From positions 1 to 64,000 of IMG/VR virus record IMGVR_UViG_3300032053_000049: a DNA stretch of 64,000 nucleotides; one strand, written 5' to 3'. This document shows, piece after piece, positions 29,655 to 39,605 of the stretch. Position 1 is the stretch's first letter, and the number at the start of each line of letters is the position of its first letter. The notes beneath the pieces are model-generated. The model did no database searches. It saw nothing but the letters and a program-made list of their open reading frames with translations, and was not told the DNA's origin. The stretch comes from a virus. The position numbers and the translations under genes were made by a program.

Positions 29655-29711
29655 ATTAATAAATAATATTCAGGTAGGAAAAAAGTGGAAAAATAATAAT
29701 TTTAATTTGAG

Positions 29712-32414
29712 TTAGAAGTCTATTTTTAAAATAATGTTAAGAGGAAATATCCCACTATTCTTGATTGGTGAACCAAGCTTGCCCACAGCGACCAGATCAG
29801 TCCCGGAATAGAGTCCGACGCCAGAAATATATGGTGCAAGATAGCTACCCGTAGGATCTGCTTTAGACAATCTCCCATAATCTAAGAAATTTGTATTAAT
29901 ATTAGGAGCAACTCCCCTCATAGTTCTATCATTTAAAAAATCAAGAATTTGACTTAAAAATTTCTTTCTAGAATTTGGAGTCACATATGTTTCGTAATTC
30001 TTTTGGGTAAGACGATTTATGAAATATTTCCATAGAATATTCATATCATTAATATCTATTTTATTATCTTGATTAAAATCTAAATCGATATACAGATTAT
30101 TATTTATATAAGAATAACTTGAAGTAAATAATGCTCCAGATCCATTCGGCCACTGAGAATTATACATATTATAGACTGACGCTTCTTCGTCAGTGGCAGT
30201 ATTGATAATAGAAGAAGACCAATCTGTGCTAGGACCTAAAGCTTCAGTACTCTTATATTTCATATATTTTAAAAGAACATCACAATCTTGAAAATCAAAT
30301 ATTCCATTATTATTGATATCAAATGAAGATGTAGGTAATAAAATAGCTGTAGGATTTGTACTTACATTAAACTCTCCAACATCTACGGCACACACAATTT
30401 GTTTTTCGTAAATAACTTGTTTAGATTTAAAATTTAAATCATATTCATAATCATTATTATCTGCATTAACGAGTAACAATCCATCAAATGCTGAACCAGA
30501 AGACATAATAACTAATTTACCATTTCTATAAAATACATTACCAACATAAAAATTTTCTCTTAAATTTTTTAAATTATAGATATAAGTTTTTCCAGTCAAA
30601 TCTCCTATTTGATCTAAATTTCCTGTAAAACTACCTGTGTTGGATGCTAAATCCATAATTCTACTTGATCCAGATATTAATAATGGAGCACCGATCATTA
30701 TAAAACTATCAGAAATATCACACGAAAATCCATAATCACGATATGGTTGTAAAATTTTCTTTTTAACTTGATAAATATTAATAATCTGCCAATCTTTATT
30801 AGATGTATCAGGAATAAATGAACCGGTGGCTTGTTGCCATAAAACAAACTGACCATCTACAGAAACTTCTTCAGTCTGACCACAATAATTTGATTGAAAT
30901 AAAGATCCACGAAGATAACATATAGTCGCTAGTTCTGAGTCAATTTTCGGAGAACCTGCTATAGCATAATTATTATATACGCCAACCGAAGTTCCTAGAG
31001 CATTATTATCTAAAATCTTTTCGTTTCCATAACTCTTTCTAGCTAAATAAAATCCCTTTCCAACATCAGGACAACGTTCAAAGAAATAAACAGATCCTTG
31101 TCGAAATACAGATGAACCACTATATTCATAAATATATCTGTCGGTTGGAGCACCAACCATTATGGTATCTTTATATATGCTAACAGATATTCCAAAACTA
31201 TCAGCCGTATTTGTTGAACCAGATATAATTGGAAATGTATTATAAAATGTTAATGGATATATTGTTGTATTGTCTGGTAATAAAGTGTATGAATTTGCCC
31301 AATTATATCCGTTAAATTCGTATACATAAGCTTTAGAACCGGAGGGTCTGGCCGTACCAACTACCATACTAGCACTATAAGATCCTGTAGCTTTATTTAA
31401 ACAGATACTCTTTCCAAAATTATCCCCCGTATTGATTTCTGATGGAGTAACAAGAGTTTGAAATAGCGACCAACTGGCCATAGCTCCTAACGTTTTTCGA
31501 TACATATACACCAAACCTTTGCTACCAGATTCCGATGGAGATCCTATCGATAACCATTCATTATTAATTGAAACGGCATATCCAAATGATTCTACAACAG
31601 AAGTTGATGGAGTTTCAATTGTCATTAAATATGGATCGGTCCCAACTATTCCGGTGACTCTTATTTCATAAGGATATAAAGAAGTAGAATAAATTGTAGG
31701 AATTGTGATCGTTCCACCATCATTGGATGTTATTACTATATTAATAGAAATCCACGGATTTGTTATATCAGTAGTATCTCTTGATTCAAGTAAAACCTGA
31801 GAATATTGTTGATATGGAGGAACATATGCTACCACGTTGATTATTCCACTAGAAGTGGTATAACCAGTAATACTCACAGGAAGTCTATTAGCATATGGAT
31901 CAATATCTAATCGAGATAAATCGTAAATGTCAACTTGACCAGAACCAGTAAAATAAAACGAAGAAGTTTCTGAGTTCTGAACAGAAGCAGTACTTGTAAA
32001 ATAAGGACAACCAACAGCAAGATATGTTCCATTTAAATCAATACTATATCCATATCCATCTTCTGATGATGTATAATAAGCCGACCAATCTATAATAAGA
32101 TTTTTATTAGCCGTTAAAGGACGTGAACCCGTAAGTTCAGTTTGTAAAATGTAATTGGGACCTTGAGGATTGATATTATTCTGTTCGGTAATCAAATATA
32201 TATATTCATATGGACTGAGGTGTCTTGTTAAAAGAGTTTTCTTATCGTGGATATCAGTATTAATATTGTATTTATAAACCTCAATAGAACCTGTTCTCAG
32301 ATAACTGGAAGAAGCATATTCGTAACGTAACGAACTAGGATTTGATACTGCTGCCCAATTGCCGTCACAGGCTACAGAATATCCATAGTAATCGTTTGTA
32401 ATGGTTGTAATCAT
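29712..32414 (-). CDS. virion protein with FG-GAP-like beta-propeller, dockerin-like Ca-binding pair and tail-collar-like C-terminus
   Basis: Repeats (F/Y)GY(S/A)V(A/S)...G(S/A)P; DINNNGIFDFQD and DFNQDNKIDIND; C-terminal PYISGVGLY..DLVAVGKL..PIK. Confidence 0.75.
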   Translation of the reverse strand: MITTITNDYYGYSVACDGNWAAVSNPSSLRYEYASSSYLRTGSIEVYKYNINTDIHDKKTLLTRHLSPYEYIYLITEQNNINPQGPNYILQTELTGSRPLTANKNLIIDWSAYYTSSEDGYGYSIDLNGTYLAVGCPYFTSTASVQNSETSSFYFTGSGQVDIYDLSRLDIDPYANRLPVSITGYTTSSGIINVVAYVPPYQQYSQVLLESRDTTDITNPWISINIVITSNDGGTITIPTIYSTSLYPYEIRVTGIVGTDPYLMTIETPSTSVVESFGYAVSINNEWLSIGSPSESGSKGLVYMYRKTLGAMASWSLFQTLVTPSEINTGDNFGKSICLNKATGSYSASMVVGTARPSGSKAYVYEFNGYNWANSYTLLPDNTTIYPLTFYNTFPIISGSTNTADSFGISVSIYKDTIMVGAPTDRYIYEYSGSSVFRQGSVYFFERCPDVGKGFYLARKSYGNEKILDNNALGTSVGVYNNYAIAGSPKIDSELATICYLRGSLFQSNYCGQTEEVSVDGQFVLWQQATGSFIPDTSNKDWQIINIYQVKKKILQPYRDYGFSCDISDSFIMIGAPLLISGSSRIMDLASNTGSFTGNLDQIGDLTGKTYIYNLKNLRENFYVGNVFYRNGKLVIMSSGSAFDGLLLVNADNNDYEYDLNFKSKQVIYEKQIVCAVDVGEFNVSTNPTAILLPTSSFDINNNGIFDFQDCDVLLKYMKYKSTEALGPSTDWSSSIINTATDEEASVYNMYNSQWPNGSGALFTSSYSYINNNLYIDLDFNQDNKIDINDMNILWKYFINRLTQKNYETYVTPNSRKKFLSQILDFLNDRTMRGVAPNINTNFLDYGRLSKADPTGSYLAPYISGVGLYSGTDLVAVGKLGSPIKNSGIFPLNIILKIDF

Positions 32415-32478
32415 TATATATACATATCAAATTGTTTTGATTTTACTATTACATTGATACTGTATTAACCGTCATACC

Positions 32479-33039
32479 TTATTTTAATGTTATAAAACCA
32501 CTCGGCAATTTAACAATTGGAGTGCCTTGTCTATGTGTTACTTGAGCAAGAGATCCCTCTTTACTCCACCCATCAATTTCATCCATATTATATGCACGCA
32601 AATTAAGTCGTTGAATCGATTTTGTTAATTCTATATCCTGATATCGGCACATTCCAGTAAAAAGATTATCGGCTAATATTTGTTCTACAGCATTTTTTGT
32701 ATAATATTGACACGCACCAAACCAAATCCACCCCAAGCCAGTTTTTCTGAAATCGCCAGCTACATCACAATCTATAGGCATTTCAGGAAGAGTTTTTATC
32801 ACAGAGTCCGGATCAATTTTTACAAGAATATCATAGGATGATTCTTCTATAAATTTACGTAAATATCTTTTAGTCCATTCTACATTATTTTTAATGGAAT
32901 CAGAAACTTTCCACGATATTCCAAAATCAATATCCAAAGGAGTTACAACGCGAAAATTAGGGCAAAATCTTTCGTTCAATGATCTAACCGCATTTAATTC
33001 TCTATTTTGCCAAATATTTGTTATTATTAAAGTATTCAT
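32479..33039 (-). CDS. putative GT-A fold glycosyltransferase
   Basis: YDILVKIDPDSVI (DxD), WFGACQYYTKNAVEQI, QDIELTKSI, resembling galactosyltransferase/fringe-type motifs. Confidence 0.55.
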   Translation of the reverse strand: MNTLIITNIWQNRELNAVRSLNERFCPNFRVVTPLDIDFGISWKVSDSIKNNVEWTKRYLRKFIEESSYDILVKIDPDSVIKTLPEMPIDCDVAGDFRKTGLGWIWFGACQYYTKNAVEQILADNLFTGMCRYQDIELTKSIQRLNLRAYNMDEIDGWSKEGSLAQVTHRQGTPIVKLPSGFITLK

Positions 33040-33044
33040 TTTAA

Positions 33045-34439
33045 TTATATACTACTACTTATAAAATTTATTATATATGGATTTACAAATCCATTTACAT
33101 ATATTTTTAATTGATCAATATCTATAGGATCTGGTAAAAACTTAAGTGTAATCCATGCTCTAATAATCGTGCCTAGATTACCATCTACAGTATATGGAAG
33201 ACTTATTGGTATCCAACCATAATCATATAATTGTGTTAGTTCATAATTACTTCCTGATATTCTATCAATACTACTTCCAGTTATTTCAATATTATTTACA
33301 ATGTAATTTGTATCAACATCAGCATAAATTGAATAAATGTGTGGATCGTTTGGAACAGGCAGAGTAGGATAAAATGTTTCATCTATTATCCACCAATTAA
33401 CATATCCATTATACTGTATTGGATTTACAATATATTGATCCTCAATAAGAACAAGAGGATAAAGTATAGAAGATGTAGGAGAAGTAAATGTAATACTTGC
33501 TGTATTACTGAAACTAGAAGTTCCTATAGTATTAACTGCAGCAATTCTATACCAATATGTAGATCCCCCTACACTAGATGTTACTAGTGTATCAATACAA
33601 GTATTTGATTCAGATATTGAGGTCGTATAATCGGTAAATAAAATACCATTTATAGAACGTTGAATACCATAATAATCAAAAGTATCGTATAATGAAGATG
33701 TCCAAATTAATACTGAAGATCCACTATATACTGACAACAAAATAGATCCTGATGGTGGAGTAGGAACAGATGATGAAATAAATGAAAAATAATTATCACA
33801 CGTATTACTGCGTCCCACCTCAAATACATTATAAAACTTTCCTAATTCCTGTTGTTTAGAAAATAAATTTGTTCCAGCAATAAGATTTCCATTACCATCA
33901 TCTGTTATTGTATAATCTGTATCCAATGCTCGATCATTAATTGCAATACTATTAGGTATAATTTTATCTCCGTATATCATGTGCGGCACATCAAAAAGTC
34001 TAAATTCATCACTAATTTTTCTTTGTGTTTTACTTAAATTAAAATCAATATTATTAATACCCCACGTTTTAGTCGGATCTTTATAATTATTATAGAACAT
34101 TGTTCTTATTTGAGAATATACTACTCGTTTATATGTTCCATCTTCATTAACCGGATCTGTTTCCGGAAAAAATAATCCTGAATTTTTTAATCCAATTCTA
34201 GTTTCAACCAAATCATCATCTTGTTTCTCTAAAGCAATATTACAATCATAATTAAGTATCGGTAAATCTGTAATTCCTCTAAAATCAATAAATTCAAGAG
34301 CCACTGGCACTTCAGAATCAATATAAGAACCAGTATCATGCAACAACAAATTTTGATTATTTGTTGTGCTCATTTCCCAGTTTTTAGTCGCGTCAAACGG
34401 AGTCAGTTTTATTTGATATCGTTTTATTAATTTTATCAT
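33045..34439 (-). CDS. virion protein with FN3 domain; N-terminus paralogous to 36106..38505
   Basis: TPFDATKNWE...SGLFFPE...DGTYKRVVYSQIRTMFYNNYKDPTKTWG; YWYRIAAVNTIGTSSFSN. Confidence 0.72.
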   Translation of the reverse strand: MIKLIKRYQIKLTPFDATKNWEMSTTNNQNLLLHDTGSYIDSEVPVALEFIDFRGITDLPILNYDCNIALEKQDDDLVETRIGLKNSGLFFPETDPVNEDGTYKRVVYSQIRTMFYNNYKDPTKTWGINNIDFNLSKTQRKISDEFRLFDVPHMIYGDKIIPNSIAINDRALDTDYTITDDGNGNLIAGTNLFSKQQELGKFYNVFEVGRSNTCDNYFSFISSSVPTPPSGSILLSVYSGSSVLIWTSSLYDTFDYYGIQRSINGILFTDYTTSISESNTCIDTLVTSSVGGSTYWYRIAAVNTIGTSSFSNTASITFTSPTSSILYPLVLIEDQYIVNPIQYNGYVNWWIIDETFYPTLPVPNDPHIYSIYADVDTNYIVNNIEITGSSIDRISGSNYELTQLYDYGWIPISLPYTVDGNLGTIIRAWITLKFLPDPIDIDQLKIYVNGFVNPYIINFISSSI

Positions 34440-34442
34440 GCT

Positions 34443-35321
34443 TTATGTAATTTGTACAACATATATGTCTCTAACTGCTAATTGTACTCCTAAAGATGAA
34501 GACCAATAAAGATTAAAACTATTCATTGGTCCATAAAGATCTTCACGAAATACATTTGTAATGGTCGTTGTATCTAAAAAATTTCTATTTGGTATAGCAA
34601 TATATCCCACATCCGAAGCATAACTTGACCAAGTTCCCATTATTCCACTTGTATTAGTTTGAAGACTTTGTAATCCTTCTCTGTAAAGTTTTTGCGGTAA
34701 TCCCAGAGTGTGTCCCATACCAGCGACACTAAAATCATTATATATACTAGCAGCGATGGTATACGTATTTCCTCTATAAATATCTATTTGCATAGGAACC
34801 CAAGATTGTCCTGCTATAGATGCTGATATCCAAGAAGATGTATAATGAGTTTCATATCTACACATATAATGTTCAACGATGCCACTTGTACTCCACACCG
34901 AACCCGTAACTATTCTCTGACCCAATATCGACTGTCCAAACCCAACGTTGATATTGGGAGGATCGGTATTTGCATTGGTTTTTGTCTCCATATCAAATGG
35001 TTGTTTTCCTGGTGGGCCGACGTTGGTGCCGGCATTTCCTTTTATTACTGTTCCAACACAATGTTCATTACCAAAATTACCCCACCCGTGATCTTTACCT
35101 GAACAAACTCCCGCAAATAACAGTCCCTTAAATAACGAGCCTGACGGTGAACCTATCAACATAGTTCTAAAGGATATTCTAATTTTATCCCAAGTTCCAT
35201 CTGGAACAACAAAATCTCTTATAAGTTCTCCCTGACTATCCAAAAGAAGACAATTTACCGATGAAGTTACAAATGTTGTAAATTCATTTCGAGCTTGTAA
35301 AGTTGTAGATACTATACTCAT
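34443..35321 (-). CDS. putative virion protein
   Basis: 292 aa in tail module; architecture similar to 35318..36100. Confidence 0.6.
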   Translation of the reverse strand: MSIVSTTLQARNEFTTFVTSSVNCLLLDSQGELIRDFVVPDGTWDKIRISFRTMLIGSPSGSLFKGLLFAGVCSGKDHGWGNFGNEHCVGTVIKGNAGTNVGPPGKQPFDMETKTNANTDPPNINVGFGQSILGQRIVTGSVWSTSGIVEHYMCRYETHYTSSWISASIAGQSWVPMQIDIYRGNTYTIAASIYNDFSVAGMGHTLGLPQKLYREGLQSLQTNTSGIMGTWSSYASDVGYIAIPNRNFLDTTTITNVFREDLYGPMNSFNLYWSSSLGVQLAVRDIYVVQIT

Positions 35322-36100
35322 ATAAATTTATAAACTATATCATTTATCTCTAACGTTTCAAATCTTGCTTCCCACGAAACAAATGCTGCATCAAAATAAC
35401 CATTTACTGCTCTATTAGCAGTAAGTTCAGATGTCCAACTATCTGTTCGTAATCCAAATACACTAGCTGACGTTACTGCAGCTGACCAAGTTTTACTCTC
35501 CATAAAATCTGCTAATATAGCCGAAGATGATATATCATTAAATGAACCAGAAGAATATAATGTATCCATTTTCCATTTAATCGCACTACTTCCTGTAACA
35601 AATCTAATCATTAAAATATCTCTATATTTTGGATTGTCTGTAAAATTTATTGTTGCTGTTTGAGCAAACGAACCATTATTATTTTTACTTCCCGTAACAT
35701 TTACATATCCGGTACTAGTCGTGATAGCCCTATTAAAACTACTAGAATAATTCACACCAGTCCAAGTACTTAATTGAACATACATACTATGCGATATACT
35801 AACATTACTAAAAGGAATACTTCCTGATTCACCATATACTAACCCCGGATACTTACAAACTCCTATAGCTGGATTATTAGCATCGTACCAACCTTTTTGT
35901 ATATTAAAATTTGAACGATTATATTTATTATTTACTCTACATCTTAAACCTATCCAAACCTCATTCCACGAACCAGAAACTACAATAGCGGGATCAAATT
36001 TACGAACCATAACAGCCGATCCCAAAGACAAAAATTTATTGTTTATGTCTGTTCCAACCGTTCTTGAATCTACAACACTACTTGATGATATATTTTCCAT
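35318..36100 (-). CDS. putative virion protein
   Basis: 260 aa, Ser/Thr-rich, coupled to neighbours. Confidence 0.6.
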   Translation of the reverse strand: MENISSSSVVDSRTVGTDINNKFLSLGSAVMVRKFDPAIVVSGSWNEVWIGLRCRVNNKYNRSNFNIQKGWYDANNPAIGVCKYPGLVYGESGSIPFSNVSISHSMYVQLSTWTGVNYSSSFNRAITTSTGYVNVTGSKNNNGSFAQTATINFTDNPKYRDILMIRFVTGSSAIKWKMDTLYSSGSFNDISSSAILADFMESKTWSAAVTSASVFGLRTDSWTSELTANRAVNGYFDAAFVSWEARFETLEINDIVYKFI

Positions 36101-36105
36101 AAACT

Positions 36106-38505
36106 TTATAATCCGTCGCCATTATTATACAGTTGTATAATTTCAGTTTGGGATAATGGTCTAGTCCAAACAGCAACTTGATCTAGCCGGCCACCATAAT
36201 ATACATTAGACCATCCTCTACCAAGCCAATACACAGAACCCAAAGCATAATTTGCATCAGGATTCAATGATGTGGTGTTTTCTGTTCCATTAATAAATAA
36301 TGTTCTATTCGATCCTGATTTTCTAGCCACTAAATGAGTCCATACAGAATTGGTAATTGGGTTCCTGCTAGTAACTGATACATCTCCAGCCGTAAGAATA
36401 CCCCATTTAGTAAGTTTAGTTTCAACTATACCCATATTATTGAATATAACCACACCACAATATTGACTCCAACTACTTGCAGATGCCCACGCTTGAATTG
36501 TCCAATCACCAGAATCCAGTGTATCTAACGGAGTAACTGAAGCAGTCACACTCAAAAATTCAGAACTAGCTAATGTAAAGTGAGCAGAACCAGTAACTTT
36601 ACCAATACTAGCAGATACCGTATTATTATCTGTTAAATTATGTCCACCGACCCAATCTGTTCTTGAACCACTATGTTCATCCAAATTCCAGAATGCCGTA
36701 GCATCTCTGTATATTGTATGTACGGCGGGAAAAATTCCAGTAGTAATAGATGCGGTCGAGGTAAATGAAGATGTATAATTGGGAACAGAATTTACATTTC
36801 TTACTTTATAAATATATGTACTAGATGTTTGTAATCCATTATCAAAATAAGTTACATTTGGAGTACTAATATTAGAATTACCAATATATACAAAATCAGT
36901 ATTTGCTGATGATGATCTATATATCTCGTATTGTGTAGTTAAATATTGATTTCCAAACGCTGACCATAATAAACTTCCGGTAAAATCAAATGTGCCTAAT
37001 GGACTTGCAGAAAATACAGATGCAGTATCAGGTGTAAAATCCGTATACCACGATCCAGACCAACCTTCCCCACCATCAACAAAATCTCTACTACTTCCAC
37101 TAAGATACGAAGTTTCATCATGAGCAATAAACATAATGAAATCTGGTGCATACGATCTCCTGAATTCCCACGATTCCGACCATCCATATCCTTTATTAGT
37201 AGCACTTGATCCTGAATCATAACATTCAAATGTATCATATGGTCCTAAAACATATTCATTTCCATTTGAATCTTTTAATGTACACGCAGAAGAACCGGTG
37301 AAACTAAGTGTCACAACATTACTCCAAGAACTAGTACCTGTTCCATTATAAGCATTAATTCTATAATAAGTGCTACCGGTTACTATAGGAAAATCATAAA
37401 CAGAAAGAGAAGAAACAGGAAAATAAGAAAAAGCAGCAAAAGGAGAAGATCCGCTAATTGCTTTTTCCATATAAAATCCAAAAGGAGAAGGTGTTGGTAA
37501 CGTCCAACTTAAACTAGAAGTTGCTGCGGATCCTGTTATATTAATAACACTTCCGATGAGAGATGGGGCAGTTGGAACAGGAACAAAACTAAGTGTCACA
37601 ACATTACTCCAAGAACTAGATCCCCAACCATTATAAGCATTAATTCTATAATAATAAACACTACTTGTTATTATAGGAAAATCATAAACAGAAAGAGAAG
37701 AAACAGGAAAATAAGAAAAAGCAGCAAAAGGAGAAGATCCGCTAATTGCTTTTTCCATATAAAATCCAACAGGCGAATTTCCTGGTAATGTCCAACTTAA
37801 ACTAGAAGTTGCTTCGGATCCTGTTATATTAACAACACTACCGGTAAGAGACGGAGTATCCGGAGCATCAAAAATAAAATAACTATCACATGTATTATTA
37901 CTTCCTGTTTCAAATATATTTTGAAAATATCCCAAAAGTTGTTCTTTAGAAAAAAGATTTGTTCCAGCAACTAAATTACATTTTCCGTCATCGGAAATAC
38001 TATAAGCATTATCTAAAGTATTATCAGTTAAAATAACAGTATTTTTAATGATATTCTCACCCATTATTTCTTGTGGTATACTAAAAACTTTTATATAATC
38101 CGAAAGAAATTTTTTGGTTTCTGAAGTATCAAAATCAATTTTTTCAGTACCCCAAACTTTAGTTGGGTCCCGAAAATTGTTATAGAACATAGTTTTGACT
38201 TGAGTATAAACAAGTCTTTTATATGTTCCATCTAAATTTTTAGATTCTAATTCAGGAAAGAAAAGACCAGATGTTTTTAATCCTTCACGATATGATAATA
38301 AATCAGCATCTTGATTTTCTTTTGCTACTGCACATATAGAAGTAGGAACAGTATATGTGGGAAAATAATTAACTTTTTCCGATGCAACTGGATTACCATT
38401 CTCTGCTAATACTACGTCATTATTTGCTACATTGGATAATTCCCAATTTTTTGTAGCAACATACGGGGTTACAGCAATATCATTTTTCTTAAGGCCCTTG
38501 AGCAT
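36106..38505 (-). CDS. virion protein with FN3 repeats and C-terminal LamG/concanavalin-like domain
   Basis: Start likely the ATG at 38505 (MLKGLKKNDIAVTPY); three FN3-like units; WTIQAW...WTHLV...LFING...GRLDQVAVWTRPLSQTEIIQLYN. Confidence 0.8.
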   Translation of the reverse strand: MLKGLKKNDIAVTPYVATKNWELSNVANNDVVLAENGNPVASEKVNYFPTYTVPTSICAVAKENQDADLLSYREGLKTSGLFFPELESKNLDGTYKRLVYTQVKTMFYNNFRDPTKVWGTEKIDFDTSETKKFLSDYIKVFSIPQEIMGENIIKNTVILTDNTLDNAYSISDDGKCNLVAGTNLFSKEQLLGYFQNIFETGSNNTCDSYFIFDAPDTPSLTGSVVNITGSEATSSLSWTLPGNSPVGFYMEKAISGSSPFAAFSYFPVSSLSVYDFPIITSSVYYYRINAYNGWGSSSWSNVVTLSFVPVPTAPSLIGSVINITGSAATSSLSWTLPTPSPFGFYMEKAISGSSPFAAFSYFPVSSLSVYDFPIVTGSTYYRINAYNGTGTSSWSNVVTLSFTGSSACTLKDSNGNEYVLGPYDTFECYDSGSSATNKGYGWSESWEFRRSYAPDFIMFIAHDETSYLSGSSRDFVDGGEGWSGSWYTDFTPDTASVFSASPLGTFDFTGSLLWSAFGNQYLTTQYEIYRSSSANTDFVYIGNSNISTPNVTYFDNGLQTSSTYIYKVRNVNSVPNYTSSFTSTASITTGIFPAVHTIYRDATAFWNLDEHSGSRTDWVGGHNLTDNNTVSASIGKVTGSAHFTLASSEFLSVTASVTPLDTLDSGDWTIQAWASASSWSQYCGVVIFNNMGIVETKLTKWGILTAGDVSVTSRNPITNSVWTHLVARKSGSNRTLFINGTENTTSLNPDANYALGSVYWLGRGWSNVYYGGRLDQVAVWTRPLSQTEIIQLYNNGDGL
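37301..37855. repeat. tandem duplication of about 285 bp encoding two FN3-like domains
   Basis: aaactaagtgtcacaacattactccaagaactag at 37301 and 37586; the central ~100 bp are identical. Confidence 0.9.
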
Positions 38506-38507
38506 TA

Positions 38508-39551
38508 CTAATAAATATAAGGAGAAATGCTTCTTAAGATAATAGTTGGGTCTTTTTTGATGCAACTTTCCCACAATCTAATCACTTTTATACCTCTTTT
38601 TAATGCCATTTCGTCTTTTAATTTATCATTTAATACCGTTTTGTTTATATTGATGTGATGACTTTTAGTATTCGGATTACCGTGCCAGAAATCTCCATCT
38701 ACTTCTAAAATTATATTTTTTTCTTTTATCTTAAAATCATAAGATTTACAAATACCATTTTCTGTAATAAAATATTGAAAATAATATGGAATACCAACTT
38801 TATCTAATTCATCTGCAACTATTTTTTCTAATTTATTCATTGGTCTGTGAGACATTATATTTTTTATAGCTTCGGATGTATGAGTTTTACCGAACATTCC
38901 ATTTTTTTCTCCTTTAGCAACGCCTCGTTCTATACGAGTTTTTGATATTTGTTCACGAACCTCTTTTCTACAGGCCGGATTTAATTTTCCACTAATCATA
39001 GGTTTTTTAATTCCTATATTAGATTTAGATATTTTTTCTTTTGTTTCATCTGATAAAACCGCACCAAATCTTATACTTTCTTCTCCTACCCAAGTTTTTC
39101 TTAATTCAGACGAACATTTAGTAGAACACGTTGGTCGATTTGTATAAGATTTACAAATATTTTTACATATAATACATTCTGCCCAATTAAATCGTTTAAA
39201 TTCTTCAAGATGCGTTTTCACATAATTTAAAAATTTAATATTATGATAAATTTTAAGATGAATGGATATCATTTTAGAATGAATAGATTTATCACAATAA
39301 TGACATTGAATATATTGGTCTTTTTTAATTTGGTGATTTTTTGTGTAACATTTACCACATTTATTTGATCTTTCTTTAAATGGAGAACCGCATTCAACGC
39401 ATTTTTTCCATCCAAATCGAATAAAATCTTCAAAATTATCTTTAATATATTGACTACAATCTATTTTGTGCGTCGATTTTAAATGATGTGTTAAATATTG
39501 TTGTTTAACAAATTCTTTTTTACAAATTCTACAAATAATAATGTCGTTCAT
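38508..39551 (-). CDS. free-standing endonuclease (C2H2 Zn fingers + NUMOD3 + DUF559/Vsr-like)
   Basis: CRIC..HLKSTH, CHYC..HLKIYH, NGMFGKTHT, SYDFKIKEKNIILEVDGDFWHGNP, VIRLWE. Confidence 0.82.
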   Translation of the reverse strand: MNDIIICRICKKEFVKQQYLTHHLKSTHKIDCSQYIKDNFEDFIRFGWKKCVECGSPFKERSNKCGKCYTKNHQIKKDQYIQCHYCDKSIHSKMISIHLKIYHNIKFLNYVKTHLEEFKRFNWAECIICKNICKSYTNRPTCSTKCSSELRKTWVGEESIRFGAVLSDETKEKISKSNIGIKKPMISGKLNPACRKEVREQISKTRIERGVAKGEKNGMFGKTHTSEAIKNIMSHRPMNKLEKIVADELDKVGIPYYFQYFITENGICKSYDFKIKEKNIILEVDGDFWHGNPNTKSHHININKTVLNDKLKDEMALKRGIKVIRLWESCIKKDPTIILRSISPYIY

Positions 39552-39605
39552 ATGATATACATATAAACGACACTATCAAAACGTAATTTTATTTACAATT
39601 CAGTA

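Noticed and set aside
37301-37855. DGR template/variable repeat pair
   Set aside because: Both copies are in-frame tandem domains, differences are not restricted to adenines, and there is no reverse transcriptase in the window.
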